A stretch of 64,000 nt of DNA, taken from Chrysomallon squamiferum (lineage: Eukaryota > Animalia > Mollusca). The position numbers and the translations under genes were made by a program. The number at the start of each line of letters is the position of its first letter. The stretch's first letter is position 1. Where the stretch lies: contig CM022671.1 in assembly GCA_012295275.1 (NCBI GenBank), forward strand, positions 9,796,001 through 9,860,000, in the 5' to 3' direction. Below the pieces are notes generated by a model that was not told the DNA's origin, did no database searches, and saw nothing but the letters and a program-made list of their open reading frames with translations. Below, piece after piece: positions 28,960 to 43,787 of the stretch.

Positions 28960-29375
28960 CAGAGATAAAGATAGTGATGAAGACAGTGATAGAGATAAAG
29001 ATAGTGATGAAGACAGGCGATAGAGATAAAGGTAGTGATGAAGACAGGTGATAGAGATAAAGGTAGTGATGAAGACAGGTGATAGAGATACAGATAGTGA
29101 TGAAGACAGGTGCTAGAGATACAGATAGTCATGAAGACAGGTGATAGAGATAAAGGTAGTGATGAAGACAGGTGATAGAGATATAGATAGTGATGAAGAC
29201 AGGTGATAGAGATACAGATAGTGACGAAGACAGGCGATAGAGATACAGATAGTGACGAAGACAGGCGATAGAGATACAGATAGTGACGAAGACAGGCGAT
29301 AGAGATAAAGGTAGTGATGAAGACAGGTGATAGAGATAAAGATAGTGATGAAGACAGGTGATAGAGATAAAGGTA
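28960..29375. repeat. 31-bp minisatellite, ~13 copies (GATAGAGATAAAGGTAGTGATGAAGACAGGT)
   Basis: Period 31 read directly (aagacagg at 29041 and 29072). Confidence 0.95.
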
Positions 29376-31479
29376 CTGTGAGAGAGAGAATCAGATGATT
29401 GATAGAGAGATTAAATATAAATAAATAAATACAAGAGTGAATAGGTTTATGTGTATATATGTGTGTTAGGGTAGATATAGCTGGATGGATGGACACACAA
29501 ACACATACTCTGTGTAAACTATGTAAAGTATATATACATAGATATATAGATACATAGGTTCATAATCACGAGTATGTATTATGTTAGAGGATTGGTATAT
29601 AACTGAATATGTGAATAAAAGTATGTCTATATGTGTGTGAAATAGATTGTGGATAGATAGCTAGACTGAGAGAGACTGATATGTAGGTATGGTTATATGT
29701 GTTTGTGTGTTATAGAGAGAAAACAGGTATTGACCTCTGTATGAAACAGAGAAGTATGTCCTGTGTGTATGATTTTTCAGAGAATGAGAGCTAATTATAT
29801 AAATACATACATACATACATATGTATATATATGTTGTATATATATATGTTTGTTGGTCGCACCTGCTCACCTCTTTCTAACATAGTTATTAGAAACAGAC
29901 TTTAATGAAGAAATTATATGATTTTCTTACTCATATACAGTGCCCATTACCTGTCTATCCATTTATTCATCGCTAATATCCTCTGTCTGTCTGTCTATAG
30001 CTATATGTCTAAATCTCTATGTATATTTTTATAGATATATATAGATATACACATATAGATATAGACAGAATGCACAAATAGAGACACTACTACTACAACT
30101 GTTACTACTACTACCACTACTGATAGTAATTAGTCAATTTCATAGATTAGGTAGTCAAAGGGAAATAACTCTGTTCATTAATAATAGGAATGAATATAAC
30201 GATGATCATGAAATATAGCATTAACAACATAACAAATTTTGAAAAACAAAAAATAATAATGATATAGTTTCGAATTTTGATTTCTGTTTCATTTAAGTTG
30301 TTGAGTAAAGTGCTAAAGAAATTATGAAAAAAAATTATATTATATTTGTTTATAGTGTATGGGATATGCTGTTTAATTATTCAGCGAAGATAACAAAAAT
30401 TAATAATTATAATAAAAAAAAACTTTTCAAATAACAGAAGATTGTAACAGCAGAAAAAGAAAATAGTTTAAGAAATAAAAACGAATAATTGTACTGAATT
30501 AAATATCAAGGATAATTCAAATCCGGGCACCAGGGGATGAGGTGCATACGCATGTCCCCCTGCCCTACTCCCCCGCACGCTGGCTGTCTGCCCAGCCCTC
30601 ACACATATATATTTCCCACATGTTAGGTTCACTCCCTTCATCCTCCATATCCGTACTGTTTTTATTTGTTTGTAAGGATACTAAAATGTCAAAATTTTCA
30701 TTATTTTTGTCTGTGTCAGTGTTTGTTGGTGATTTATACTGGTTCTTTATTTATCACCTTTTGCTTCTGGTCAACATTTTTTCTTTTTTAAAAATTAAAT
30801 TTTGCCTTTTTAACCTGCTGTCTTTTGGAAATCCTAATTTTCATTTCTGAATCGTCTGAATTAGTGATATTTATGTTTTCCATGTTGTTGCATTTTTAGA
30901 GGTCAGTTTGGTGTTATTTTTCCTGGTTCTGAATGTGTAATGTGTGTAGTTGTGTGTATAACTGGATGTTAAATATTTATACTTCTAATGTGTCTCCATT
31001 TACTTTAACACACACACACACACACACACACATAAAAAATAAAATAAAACACAATAAATATATACATAAACACATACACACTAATGATAACAAAATAATA
31101 AATGTGTACTTATTTAAATACAAACATCCCCCCACATACATGGACATGTGTGTGACAGTGAGAGAGAGAGAGAAATGACAAAAATGGGTGAAAATTTCAA
31201 AAGTAAATCAGATTTTGTTTTAAAATAAAATTATTTTGTAATTTAGCAAGTTTAAACGATAAAATAATTCATAATAAAATAATTGCCTTTTTCTTTTCTT
31301 TTGTTTTAAGAGAAAAATAAAGTAAACAAATATTTAAAAACAAAAAAGGAAGTAAACAAATTAACTTGATTTTATGTTTATTTATCAATTCATGTAAAGA
31401 AAGAAATGTCTGTCGACTTTCAACTTCAAAAGCGTTAATGTGAAACTAACTTACCAGACAGCTTGAAGTTTACTTTTTA

Positions 31480-32096
31480 CAACAAGTAAATATTTATATT
31501 TTTCTGGTGTAGCACTCTGCCACAAAGAATTTGTTGTCATCACAGCAGACAGTCACTGGTCAGTGAGGATGTCACGTATAATGTTACAATCTCATAACAG
31601 CTGAACAACACAATTTCTATCAATATCACAAACAAAAATATTCCCCTCCCTGTTACAAGTAACATCTCTCAATCCTCTCAGTTTGTATGAATCACATGAC
31701 TCCCATTTGACATCACCTGATGATGTCACACAAAAGACATTGTTTACATCTTCTCTCTGACACAACAACACAACATCACCCTGCTGATCACACGATTCAA
31801 CAAGACCCCATGGTTTAGAGGAAGATTTGTATCTGTTTATCAGTGATTTTCTTTCTAAACAAAAACAGTAATTGTTATTACCACTAACAAAAATTTTACT
31901 TTTTTCTACACCTGACACCAGAATGGAAACAGGACAAGAACAATTTTATCTGGTTGTTATCATAAGTGTGGTTTATACAGTTCTGCAGACATTCGGTGCA
32001 CAACAAGTGTCCATGACACAGAACTCGCAGCTTGTCGAAAATTTCCATACAAAGACAACACGAAAGAATATCATTGGAATCTGAAGCAGTTGCCAT
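31480..32096 (-). pseudogene. RING-NHL (TRIM2/3/71-like) pseudogene with large internal deletion
   Basis: MATAS..LSCCLCMEIFDKLRVLCHGHLLCTECL (RING), frameshift to SCPV, joined directly to NHL-like KPWGL...LRGLRDVTCNREGNIFVCDIDRNCVVQLL*...PVTVCCDDNKFFVAEC. No B-box or coiled coil. Splice acceptor (ttaacag) lies 2 nt before the ATG. Confidence 0.8.
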
Positions 32097-32448
32097 ATCT
32101 GTTAATAATAATAATAATAATAAAAAGCCAACACAATGCCATCCTTAATTAAGTACATCAGTGACAATAAAGATATGAATACATTCTGAAGAGCTCTGAA
32201 TTGAGCAACAAATAATTTACATTATTTTTTCTTACAAAATATCTGAATTAGTGTTTATCTGGTTAGGGCTAATAATTTCTTTTTTTTTAAAAATGAAATT
32301 ATGAGATAACAGTTAACATTAGCTTCTGACAAAAATATTACATTCTGATTATTTTTCACCTTAATTTTTATACAAATATCATTATCATCTTTGACAGTTA
32401 AAGAGGTGACACGTGTGAAAGGAAAATGAAAAGACAGTGACAACTTAC

Positions 32449-35400
32449 CTGGTCTCTTCAAGTTTTGTGTGATTGTTTAATGTTCCCAACATGAGTAACC
32501 ATTACCTCCATTGTACAACTGAGTCTCATCTCCTACAGAAACACACAATTAAATTTGAACTGATTTTAACTTGTAGAATTCTCTGGTTATTAATTATTGC
32601 TCCTTTTGTAAATAAATAAATAAAAATAAATAAATAAACTAAAGTAAAAAAGTTAGAGTAAAGTAAAACGAATCTTAAAATCAGACTGCCATTTCATGGC
32701 AGGTGTCTTTATAACTGAACAAATAATTAGTGATTCTATGGATTCTTTCAATAAATGATTTTTTTACCTGCAGGCAAAGCATCAGTATACAATAATTGCT
32801 AATTATTTTCATGATGTTACAAAAACAAATATATTACATTTTTATGTAAGTTGCTTAATTCAGTGTTAGAAAACTATTTTGCATAGAATTTTGTGAAAGA
32901 CTGAAGAAATATTTAAAACTGAAATAAAATGAATAATGTATTTAAATACTGCTGGACAGCACCAAATACTTCAGCTCTACTGGAAACTCAAGCTACTCTT
33001 TGTTCCAAAATATCAATCTGAGTTTTTATTTATCAACAGTTTCTTGAATATTTTTATCATTAACTAGCTGATTTAACTTCTGAAAATATACAGTTTAAAT
33101 CCACAGTTTAGTATATACTGGTTTCTTCAATTCCTATAAATACATGATGAAAGATCTGAATGTCATTCAGTAAATACTGACATTTCCTTGATATAAAACA
33201 ATTAAATAAATTAAGTCTGCATGAATCAATATAATTATAGTAAACTAAAAATTGAAACAACCTTTTTTAAATCTTTTGTTTTGTATTCTAATGAGATTTA
33301 ATGATGCAGTTATCAATTCAAATTATTTACTGAAAAATAATCTAAAGAGATAAAAAAACATGTCTAAAATAAAGATGAATTTGATTCACATAATTAAGGG
33401 TAAAATAGAATTTTTCATTCAGAAACACCTTCAACAAAATTAACATAGATCTGTTTTTCTTTATGAACTGATTTCACACATACCTCAACATCATTCCTTA
33501 AGCCATGTAGTTCCTAGTCCACGTTCTTTTCAGCAATGTCCCAAGATCTTTCTTGACTCTTTTTCTCTGCTCTCGAGTTAATCTGTCCATCTTGAAGGTC
33601 AGGAACTTAGTCTAGTTAAAATACCAAAAATAAACTGTAATATATAAATTCAATCAAACGCTAATGTAAGAACATTCAAGTGACATTACACTGAAAATAA
33701 TAAAATAATCAGCAGACATTTCATTAGTTGAACATCATTTTGTAAATAGGAAACATAAATTCTGATAGTCTGAGCAAGAGATACATATTGTGTGTACGTG
33801 AGTGAGTGTGTGTGTGTGTGTGTGTGTTTGATTTTTAACATTTGTATCTATAATATGGCTTTTTAAATAGGAAAATATAAGGATTCTATCTCTTTTCATA
33901 AGCTTGTTATTTCATTTTCAGACTAAACTGAGTGAAGATTGTCTAGTATAATAAGTTAAAGATAAATGTGTAAGAAGTAAAATTATTACTACATTTAATA
34001 AAACTAAAAGCATACACCATCTCCAAAACAAAGAACCTACACTAACTGAATAAATAATCATTTTTCACATATGTATTGTTTATCACATTGAAAGATCTCA
34101 ATGAAAAAAATTGTGATATCATTAATCTAAAATAACAAATAAATCACATCTTTAAGCAAAATTCTAAGTAAATGCAGAATAGAAATTTACTTACTTGGAA
34201 TTCTTCATCTGAGAAGTTGGTGAACTGAAATAAAAATATACAGTTGAGACAGCTGTCCTAACAGGAAAATAAATCTGGATAGTGCTGATATTTTGCTAGT
34301 TAAGGAAAACGATGGATGCAACATGAACTGCTGAACACAAAAGGTGTTTCCTGAACTAATTTAACTAATGTCTGCAATGACTGAAATAAGGAAAACTCAG
34401 CATAATATAAAACGTTAGTATGAATAAAATGCATATACATGCAAAAACTCTACATTATTTAAATAAACATAATTGAAAACTAGGGAAAAAAAAGTTAGAG
34501 TGAATGACCAATGAGCCATTTCAACTGAAGGTATAACCAGACTTGCTAATCATAAATCATTGTCAAAAATCCCACAATAAGGACAAATGATTATTTTTAA
34601 GAACTGTTAATGAATTACAACAATTTGACAGAACTTGATAGAAAGAACTAAAAAATAATTCACAGTGACACATGATAACTATATCATAACAGATACCAAT
34701 GCTTTGCAGTTCTAATAACAAAATGTTAATGTCATTCTGCACTAGGTATGTGAATTCAGTCATTTTGATTACTAGCTGTATTTCTTTTTTGGAACACTTA
34801 GAACTGATTCTATACTTCTAATTTTAGATTTGATTAAAAATGTAACTTAATAATAATTAATTGCTAATGTTTTGAACGAGATGATATAATTTTGATTCAT
34901 AAAAAAAAATATATATCAGATTTGAATCCAGAACGAAATAATTCAGACAATTGTATGATACTGCAACATTGACACGGAAACTAATCACTTCTGTGTCATC
35001 TCATATATAAAGTTTTGACTGGCAGGAAACAGAGTTGTAAGGATTTACATCTGCTTCTTCCTGATCAGTGACAATTTATAACATGATACCTATGCATTTG
35101 GAAGGTACATTTTTCAGGAATATCATGGAATTTTTATAAAACAGAATCAAGAAATGAAGTACTGGTTTTTACAGGTGTTTTATTTTAATTATTATTATTC
35201 TTATTGTTGTGGTGGTGGTGGTGGTTGCTGTTGCTATTATTACTATTCATATTTTTAAATAATTATTTAATAACCCTTTTTTTGTTCATTAAAACAAATA
35301 AAAAATAAATAAAATAAATATAAAAATAAGTTTAATATCCCTTCATCTCCCTGCAAAAATATAGATTAAGAACATTTAAAGATATCAAACAAACTACATA

Positions 35401-35593
35401 AGTATAAAATCTACTGATCTGTCTTTTGTCTGACTTACCTGAAAGGTCTTCCTAGCTGGTTAAAAAAAAAAATCCTCTGAAATGCTGGACGTCACAAGAT
35501 CCAAAGTTTGTGCTGGTGGTATGATAGCTATATTTAAACAACTATCTTGTTTCATGTGCAAGTCATTGTTTTCTACTATTTAGCCAGATTTGT
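32449..35593 (-). pseudogene. LRMP/IRAG (MRVI1-domain) family pseudogene segment
   Basis: Consecutive exons 34224-34195 (FTNFSDEEFQ), 33611-33484 (LTFKMDRLTREQR/SQERSWDIAEKNVD*ELHGL), 33079-32950 (IDILEQRVA*VSSRAEVFGAVQQ), 32532-32449 (EMRLSCTMEVMVTHVGNIKQ). They match the LRMP/IRAG coiled-coil motifs LSLxFKxDxxTLExR..ERSRDxAExN, ARxSSRAExxGAxxQE and RxSxAxEVMxxHVENLK. Further exon-like piece at 35593-35439. Confidence 0.85.
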
Positions 35594-36713
35594 CTAAATA
35601 AACAAATATAGAACAAAAAGTATTAAAAAAGTCTGGTATAATTTTCTAATGTGATAAATTAATTTATCATAATTATAATTTTCTGCTATACACTGAAACA
35701 AACATATAACTTCTTAACAGCCAGCTGGACTTATATACTATTAGTTAGAATGATCCAGACTATTGCAAAAACAAAAACTGTACACCATTACAATCCGATC
35801 TACTTAGTATGTAATAAAAGGTTGATCCTGTAAGCAGACCAAAGAACATAAACAAACATTTCGTAATTACATTATTTATGTTTACTTTTCAAATAGTAAA
35901 TGTCTGTTCAAGTTTGAACATGTCAAGCTTCAAATTCTCAGTCATAAGTAGGACTATTTTAATAATGGTTTGTTGGTAAGTGTTTCTTTCACTATACTAG
36001 GAAAATGGTGTATAACAAATGAGACAGAAATATATCAAAGAATTTTCTCAATCTGATGCCTATCAACTTAATATTGGATTTACTGGCTCAACAACTATAT
36101 TTTTTAACTATCCCAAACTAGGAATGTATGCTTATTTTGCATAATAAAATCTTTTGTGAGAACAAATTCATATATATAGTTGACCAGATTCATATTTCAG
36201 CTTATAAAGGAAAACATGTACTGATCATTAACCTTTGAAGTAAGATTTAAAAATATTCTTCAGAAACTAACTCATCATTTTTGTAACATCCCAGTCATCC
36301 AAACTGAACTTTGGTAGCATTTGGTGACTGGCCATTACAAGCCCTGCATTCATATGTACATCTGTACTTAAACACATTACTATTATTACCATTATTTATT
36401 ATTATAAAACATATCCAGACCACTTACTTCAGAACAAGTAGTAGTAATAATAATAATTAGATAAAAAAGGAGGAAGTACAATTAAACAAAACAAAATGTA
36501 AATAAATAAATTAAAATTAACAATTAGTAAATTTTAAGAAAAGAAGGGAAACTGGTATGTATATTTGTCTATTTATCTGCCCATCAAACTAAGTAAATCA
36601 ATCACTCACACCAAACATTCCTCTAAATCCTTTTCAATGCATCCATAGTCTCTCTCTCGCTCTCTCTCTCTCTATATATATACATACATATACAAAGACA
36701 CACACACACTCAC

Positions 36714-36744
<31 letters not shown>

Positions 36745-37914
36745 AACACACATATGCACATACACACACGCACACATCTATGCCTCTCTTTAGTGTCTAT
36801 ATAACTACATACAAATCTATCTTTCTGTATTTTTCGCCATTTATAACACAAGTACACACTCACATATTTAGCCATACTTCTCTTACACACAAGCATAGGT
36901 ACCTGCACTTTCTTATACATATACATGGGGTTACCACCAACTCACTAATCTGTATATATATATATGTAAATCTCTATCGGCCTATGTACATACTGATCTG
37001 CCAACATATCTACTTCTGTATCAGTGGTTTATCTATTTTATCTGTCTATTTGTCTTTTACATTGAATCTCCCTATCTATATACTGTATATATGTCCATCT
37101 ATAAACACTTATATATATGCACATCACCTCTGATTGGCCCTCAAAAATACACAATAAAACTTTGTTACACATGACTATGCATATATATATTAACAGCAGC
37201 ATTTTTTCAATTTTTTCAATTTTTTTTTATGTTATTTAATTTGCTCCTTTTTCTTTTCATTTTCATATTTAAGTGGTGACCTGATTTTTTTTTTTTCGTC
37301 ATTTTTATTAATTTTTACTTTTATCTGAAATGAAATTCACTTCATGGCAAGTGTTCACAGAAGTGCTCTTTCCTTATAAGCTTTTATTTATTTATTTTAT
37401 TATATATATATATATATAAATTATTTTAGGCATAAACGTAAAAACCAAATATAAATAACATTAGCAACAAATAATTAAAAAACCCATCAAGAACTATGAA
37501 TATTAAAAGTATAATACAAATTCAAACTGAAAATATAATAATAATAATAAATAAATAAATAAATAAATAAATAAAAGAAGATAACTGAATAAATATAGAT
37601 TTTAATTTATTCTTTTAATTTATGGGGTTTCAATAAAGCAAACAAGAAACAATCTGACATCAGTTTTATGTGTATGTAACAGCTAATGTTGTCTTGTTCA
37701 ATCCAATAAAAAAAATAATAATAATAAAAAACATCTAAAAAAACAACAACATGAAGTCAGTGGTCTAATACTGCTCACTAGTGATGGAAATAGGTTTAGG
37801 AACCTAGGATAGGCTGAGGTTGGTAAACTGTAGGTATATAATTCTTACATTTTTTTATTTGGATCAGATATCAACCTGTTTTAGTATTACCAATTAATAT
37901 TATTATTATTATTA

Positions 37915-37977
<63 letters not shown>

Positions 37978-38974
37978 TTATGATATTATAAGCACCTGTC
38001 CATGGATAATAATTTTCATAACATAAGGGAAATAACTCTCTTTTGATAAAACTTTATTTATATTGTTAAAACATGAAATAAAGAAAGAAGTAAATACAAT
38101 TTCCCACCCAAATTAAAATCGAAACACCCTGAATACAATTTTATATTTTTTTATTTACCAAGAATCAGTAATAATGAATTAAAAAATCAAATTCAACAGC
38201 AACATTGTAACAAATATAAAATTAATTAATTAAAAATGCCTATAAAAAAAAAACATAATACATAATTACATGTGCATTATAAACAAAGAACAAAAATAAT
38301 GTAAAAAGAAAATATAATTTAACTATAGCTGTTACTTACTTATTTATTTTTTTACCTGTTTTAAATTATTACTAATATTTATTTAATTACATTATTTATA
38401 TTATTTAACAGGAGCTAGTAATAAAAATTAATCTAGAAATCTTTTTTTTCTATATTTAAAGTCTGCTAAATAAATTGATTCGATGGTTTATTTGCTGAGT
38501 TTATTGTCTATTTTGTGCATATATATTCAGGCATATAAAAGCATGCACTCATACACACAAATACAAGACAAAACAAACACAGAAAATAACACATATACAA
38601 ACATTACAATAATCACACAAGAGAAAATACACACACACACAAATAGACACAGACACACATTCACTTAGGCGACATCGAAACATACACACAAAAAGATATA
38701 CCAACATACATACTGACATACATACTGACATACATCCTCATATATACCATGCAGAACATAAATTTAATAAATACTAACTTATATTATCAAATACACTTCT
38801 TACAATAACTGTCAGTAACTGGTCAATGAAAAAGATAAAGATCAAACTCTGAAAAAACAAATCTAATAAAAATATGATTTCCTTTAAAAACTCTGGTCAT
38901 TTTATTTTATCAGCAGATAAATATCAGTATCAGTAATTAACTGGCATATTTTAACCATGTTATTTTGTATCAGA

Positions 38975-39405
38975 AAATGTTGAATAGAGCATAAAAAAAA
39001 GTCATACAAACAGGATGGTAAAAATTATTATTTTCTATATCAGAACACTGGATAGAGGCAACAATCATCAGTTAAGTTGTATGGTTGAAATTATCATTCC
39101 TTGTAACAGAAAATTTTCTATAGAGCATTTTTAAAATCATTTTCTATGAAGTAGAATTGACATTATCTAAACATTCATTCATTCATTCATTCATTCATTC
39201 ATTCTTATAGGTTATAAAATGTTGAATAGAGCATTAAAAAAGTCATACAAACAGGATGGTAGAAATTATTATTTTCTATATCAGAACACTGGATAGAGGC
39301 AACAATCATCAGTTAAGTTGTATGGTTGAAATTATCATTCTTTGTATGATTTTCTATTGAACAGTTTTAAAATCATTTTCTATGAAGTGGAATTGACATT
39401 ATCTA
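38975..39405. repeat. ~240-bp tandem duplication
   Basis: aaatgttgaatagagcat...gtcatacaaacaggatggt...gaaattatcattc.ttgta at 38975 and 39217; only one (inverted) copy at 11215-11410. Confidence 0.9.
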
Positions 39406-40701
39406 TATCAGTAAATACAGAATGTCATAGAAAACTTAACCTCTATAATCAGGAAAAAACTTGATATATTATTAACAATACTGCTTTATTATCAGAGAAG
39501 TGGGACAAAAGAAAATATGTCAGAAAATACTGAATATATTATTAATAATATTATTTTATCCTCAAACAAACTGGACAAGAGAAAACTATTCTCTCAGAAT
39601 GTGCCTGATAGAACTGTAATTGAAAGCAATTTTCTTTCATCAGATAAGCTACACAATCACTGTCACCAAATTCTACAATGAGCATATATGGGGTGAGCTA
39701 ATCTGTTAGTGTGAAGTTTCCATGACTCCTCTGTGTTCCACAGAATTAGCTCATGATGAACTGAATCTTCATCCTCTTCTCCACTTCTTGTCTGAGAAAA
39801 ATATTTCAATATTTAATATTAATGTAATTAGGTACTGGTTTGTATAGTTTGTATTGTTATATTTATCTTTGTTTGTCACCCAGTAGATGATATATTTTTA
39901 ATTCCTTTATCCATATAGTTTGTAAAAAACAATGGCCATCAAAAATCTCACTGTTATTTAAAGATAAGCTTTCATTTCTATCCATTTTACAAAATGAATG
40001 GACAAAATGGTATATGCAGATATAATTACAAATGACAGGACTTCTTTTTAAATTTTAAAGGTGTGTTTTATCAATTACCATTAATTGTTTTTACATTTTG
40101 TTTTAATATAATTTCCTTCCCATGAGGATCAAAGCAAAAATCAACTACTTTGTTAAATCAGATGTACAACAGACACACCTGTACAAACAGGGAAAGACAG
40201 TGAAAGAAACAAAGAACGGGAAAGAGAGAATCAGAGATATGCTAGGAGAAAATTAGACATAGTGAGAGAGAAATAAAAAGACCATAACATCATCACTATA
40301 CCTGACTTTTGCCTCCAGTTCTGTACTTTTAACATTGTCAGCTGTCACCGTAATTCTTGACACTATGAATGGCTGTCCAAATATCTTAGCCTAGATAACA
40401 ATAAACACATTTTTTTAATTATTCATAATAATCATTGTTAGTGTTAAAGAACAATGTTACAGTTGGGAGAAATATTTACAGAAAAAATTGCCAAAATGGT
40501 TATTTACAGATTATATGTTTACATATATATATATATATATGTAACAGCAACAGAAACAACAGTAGTATTTGTAGTAGTAGTATTTGTAATAGTAGTATTT
40601 GTAGTAGTAGTAATAATAATAACAATAATACATTATAATAAAACTAATAATGATAATAATAGCAATAGTAATATTAATAATAATTGTAGTAAGACAAATA
40701 A

Positions 40702-40734
<33 letters not shown>

Positions 40735-43700
40735 TAAATTAACAATAAAAAGTACAGTATTATAATAATACAAAATAAGATTACTAACAATACAATTCAC
40801 AGAATTCAAAAAGAAGAAGAAAAGAATATATAACAATAATAGCTTGTCACTTTAATTTATTAACAATCAAGAATTATTAAAAAAAAATCTCATCAAAAAT
40901 GTTTAAAAAAAAAATGTAGAAATAAAAATATCTTCACCTTCATAGGAACTATTTCGTCTACAGTGCAGTCTGCCTCCATGTCAAAGAGAGAAGATCAAGT
41001 TTCTGAATACTTGCATTGCCAGACAGGTTGACAGCCCTTGCACGATGATCAGCTAGCTGGAGTGAAAGTGTGATTTTAACAACTGTTTACATGTGAGAAG
41101 GAAATATATTGCTCTTTACATTAAAAAGAAAGGAAAGTTTTAGAAATGAATGTAAAAGTTAAAATTAAAACTGGATACACAGGCTGAGATATATATAATA
41201 TGTTAAGTATTGTATTGAGAAATGTTATTTCATGTTAAGCATTTCTTATTTATTAATCTCTTTCTATTTATAAATACATACATAGATTTTATTCAAACAA
41301 ATATACATACATGTATGTGTGTGTGTTAGTTTAAACTGACATATACTTGGAATTACATTTTTTGTTTATTTATTTTCTTGTTCTTTTATATATAAATACA
41401 TATGTGTATGTGTTTATGTGTTTGTTTGGTATATATATACTCGCTGATATACAGAAAGATAGATAGATAGCTGTGAACTGTTATTACTACACTACTACAT
41501 ACTATATAATCACTCACCATGACCTTTCAACATAGCTGCAATGTCAAGGACAGTGTCAGATGTTTCCTTTATGTGTGAGAATGGCTGGACAATGCATCAT
41601 ATTACCCAGCATTCCTAGAGGAAGATAAATAAATAAATAAATGATTGACAAATTTCAGTAAATATGAACCATATAAAATTATAAATAAAAAATGATTTTA
41701 ACTGTTTACCAGGATATTCTCCAAGTGCTGTCAGTTAAATCAGGAAGTTGTCTGCAACTGAAGGGAGACAACTACAAGATGATTCAATTTGCTCCCCTGA
41801 CTTCTTGACAGTGAGACCTTAAAATTAATTAAATTTATATAAATAATTTAAAAAGAAAACAACACAAAATCAAATAATAAACCCATTTATTTAGTATTCC
41901 TTCTTTTTTTCTTATTTTTACTATTGGATTAGCTTAGTTTAGTGTTAAGGTTAGGACGAGGGTAAGATTAGGTTTATATATTCATTTATTTCTTACTACT
42001 GCTGATGCTGCTGTTACTATTACTACATCACAGCTGCTGCTATCACCACCACATTACATGGTGTTTTTGGTATAATTACATCTCTGAACTGAAAACTCTA
42101 GTATTTACAAAATGCTATTCAGAAGTGTTATTTTTCTTCCTCTGTTTGTATGTATACTAATAAATATAATAAATCTCAAACAATATGCAAGCTTCTGTAT
42201 TATTATTGTGCTTTAAAATCTAATTTAATTATAAAAAAAAATTATATTTCACTGAAAATTATAAAAAAATAATTTATTATGTCAAGCTTACCTAATAAGT
42301 TTTCACCAATATTCAAGTCCCATGGTGGTATGAACAAAGATTAAGCACACCATCAATTTCAATCTTAAATTTAAATAAAACAGGCCTGAGTATTTTGTAC
42401 AAAGCATTTAAACACACACACACTGAGTAGCAATTATCACTATTGCTGCTACATTCACACTCACTCACTCTCAGGAATATAAATATATCTAAAGTTTAAA
42501 TTACAAAATTAGACATGTATCTATCTATCTACCTATCTGTCTATCTGTCTATCTGTCTGTCTCTCTATCTCTCTATCTATCTATAAATGAAATTTGAGAA
42601 AATGAGAAAGTAAAAACAAACAATAAACACAATAATAAAAGAACATTTTTGGTGATAAGATTGTCAGATTTCTCTCCAGAATTAAAAATAACATTTAAAA
42701 AAGTATTCTTTATATAATTATAATAATTGCATCATCATATAAAAGTATTCCTAGACCAACAACCACAAACAAACAAGAACAAATAAACTACAACAAAAGA
42801 AAAAAAAAAAGAGGTGAAAAAACATTAATTGTAACTACGATAAAAAAAAACATACAGCACTATCAGATATATCAAGAACACTGACTGGATGTTTCTTATG
42901 TTTCAACATGGACTCCACAAAATGAGTTATTTAATCATCTGTAATGCGACTGGCTGACGGCTTGAGCATGTGCAGTTGCACACCATTTCTGATTGCTTGA
43001 CAAACAGGGTCAAAGTCTGTTTCAGCCAATGAGCAAGCTCCAACACTTAAAGTTGTCACATGACTGGTAGGGTTTCTAAAATTAGTGGAACAGAGTCAGT
43101 TTAATCAAGAAACTTCGTTTATAAACTGAATTTATATTTTAAGGAAATTATTGTGTGTCGATGTGTGTGCATTTATTTATATTCTTAATGCAGAAATAAT
43201 CACACATACTCAGAAACAACTAACCCTAAATACCAACAACAAATACACTGAGATGCCAGGCACAGACACAAATAGAATGACAAAGAATGGATGAGAAAGA
43301 AAATACAGAGAAGAAAGAGAGAGTGTTAATTAGAATGAGGTTGATAATTATGGATAAAAAAAAAATAAAAAATAAAAATTTACTGAGAGAAAGAATGTGT
43401 TGGAGAAAAGAGAGAGAGAGAGAGTTTCCAAGAGCACGACACCCAAGACAAAAAGGAAACGAGCAGTTTTTACATACCTAATAATTAATGAAAATACATA
43501 ACAAACAATTATTTAAGTACATGAAAAACATCTACATAAAATTATTTTATAATAAAAACTTTAGTTTACCTGAAGTAAGTTTAACTAACTTGTCAATGAC
43601 AGATATAGAAAGATCAGGATTACATAAAATATATACAATAATTATTTAAATCTTATAAAATTTTATAAAATTAAGAAAATATTACCTGAAATTAAACACC

Positions 43701-43787
43701 TGCATAACACACAAGTTCACATATACATTAACACACACACACACACACACACAGTACATACACATACAGAGAGATAGATGAATTTTG

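Noticed and set aside
28960-29375. Hammerhead ribozyme core in the 31-bp repeat (gtgatga)
   Set aside because: No CTGANGA plus GAAA core and no pairing stems.
32950-32963. Shared tgctggacagcacc with 51471-51484
   Set aside because: Only ~14 bp and the flanks do not align; treated as coincidence.
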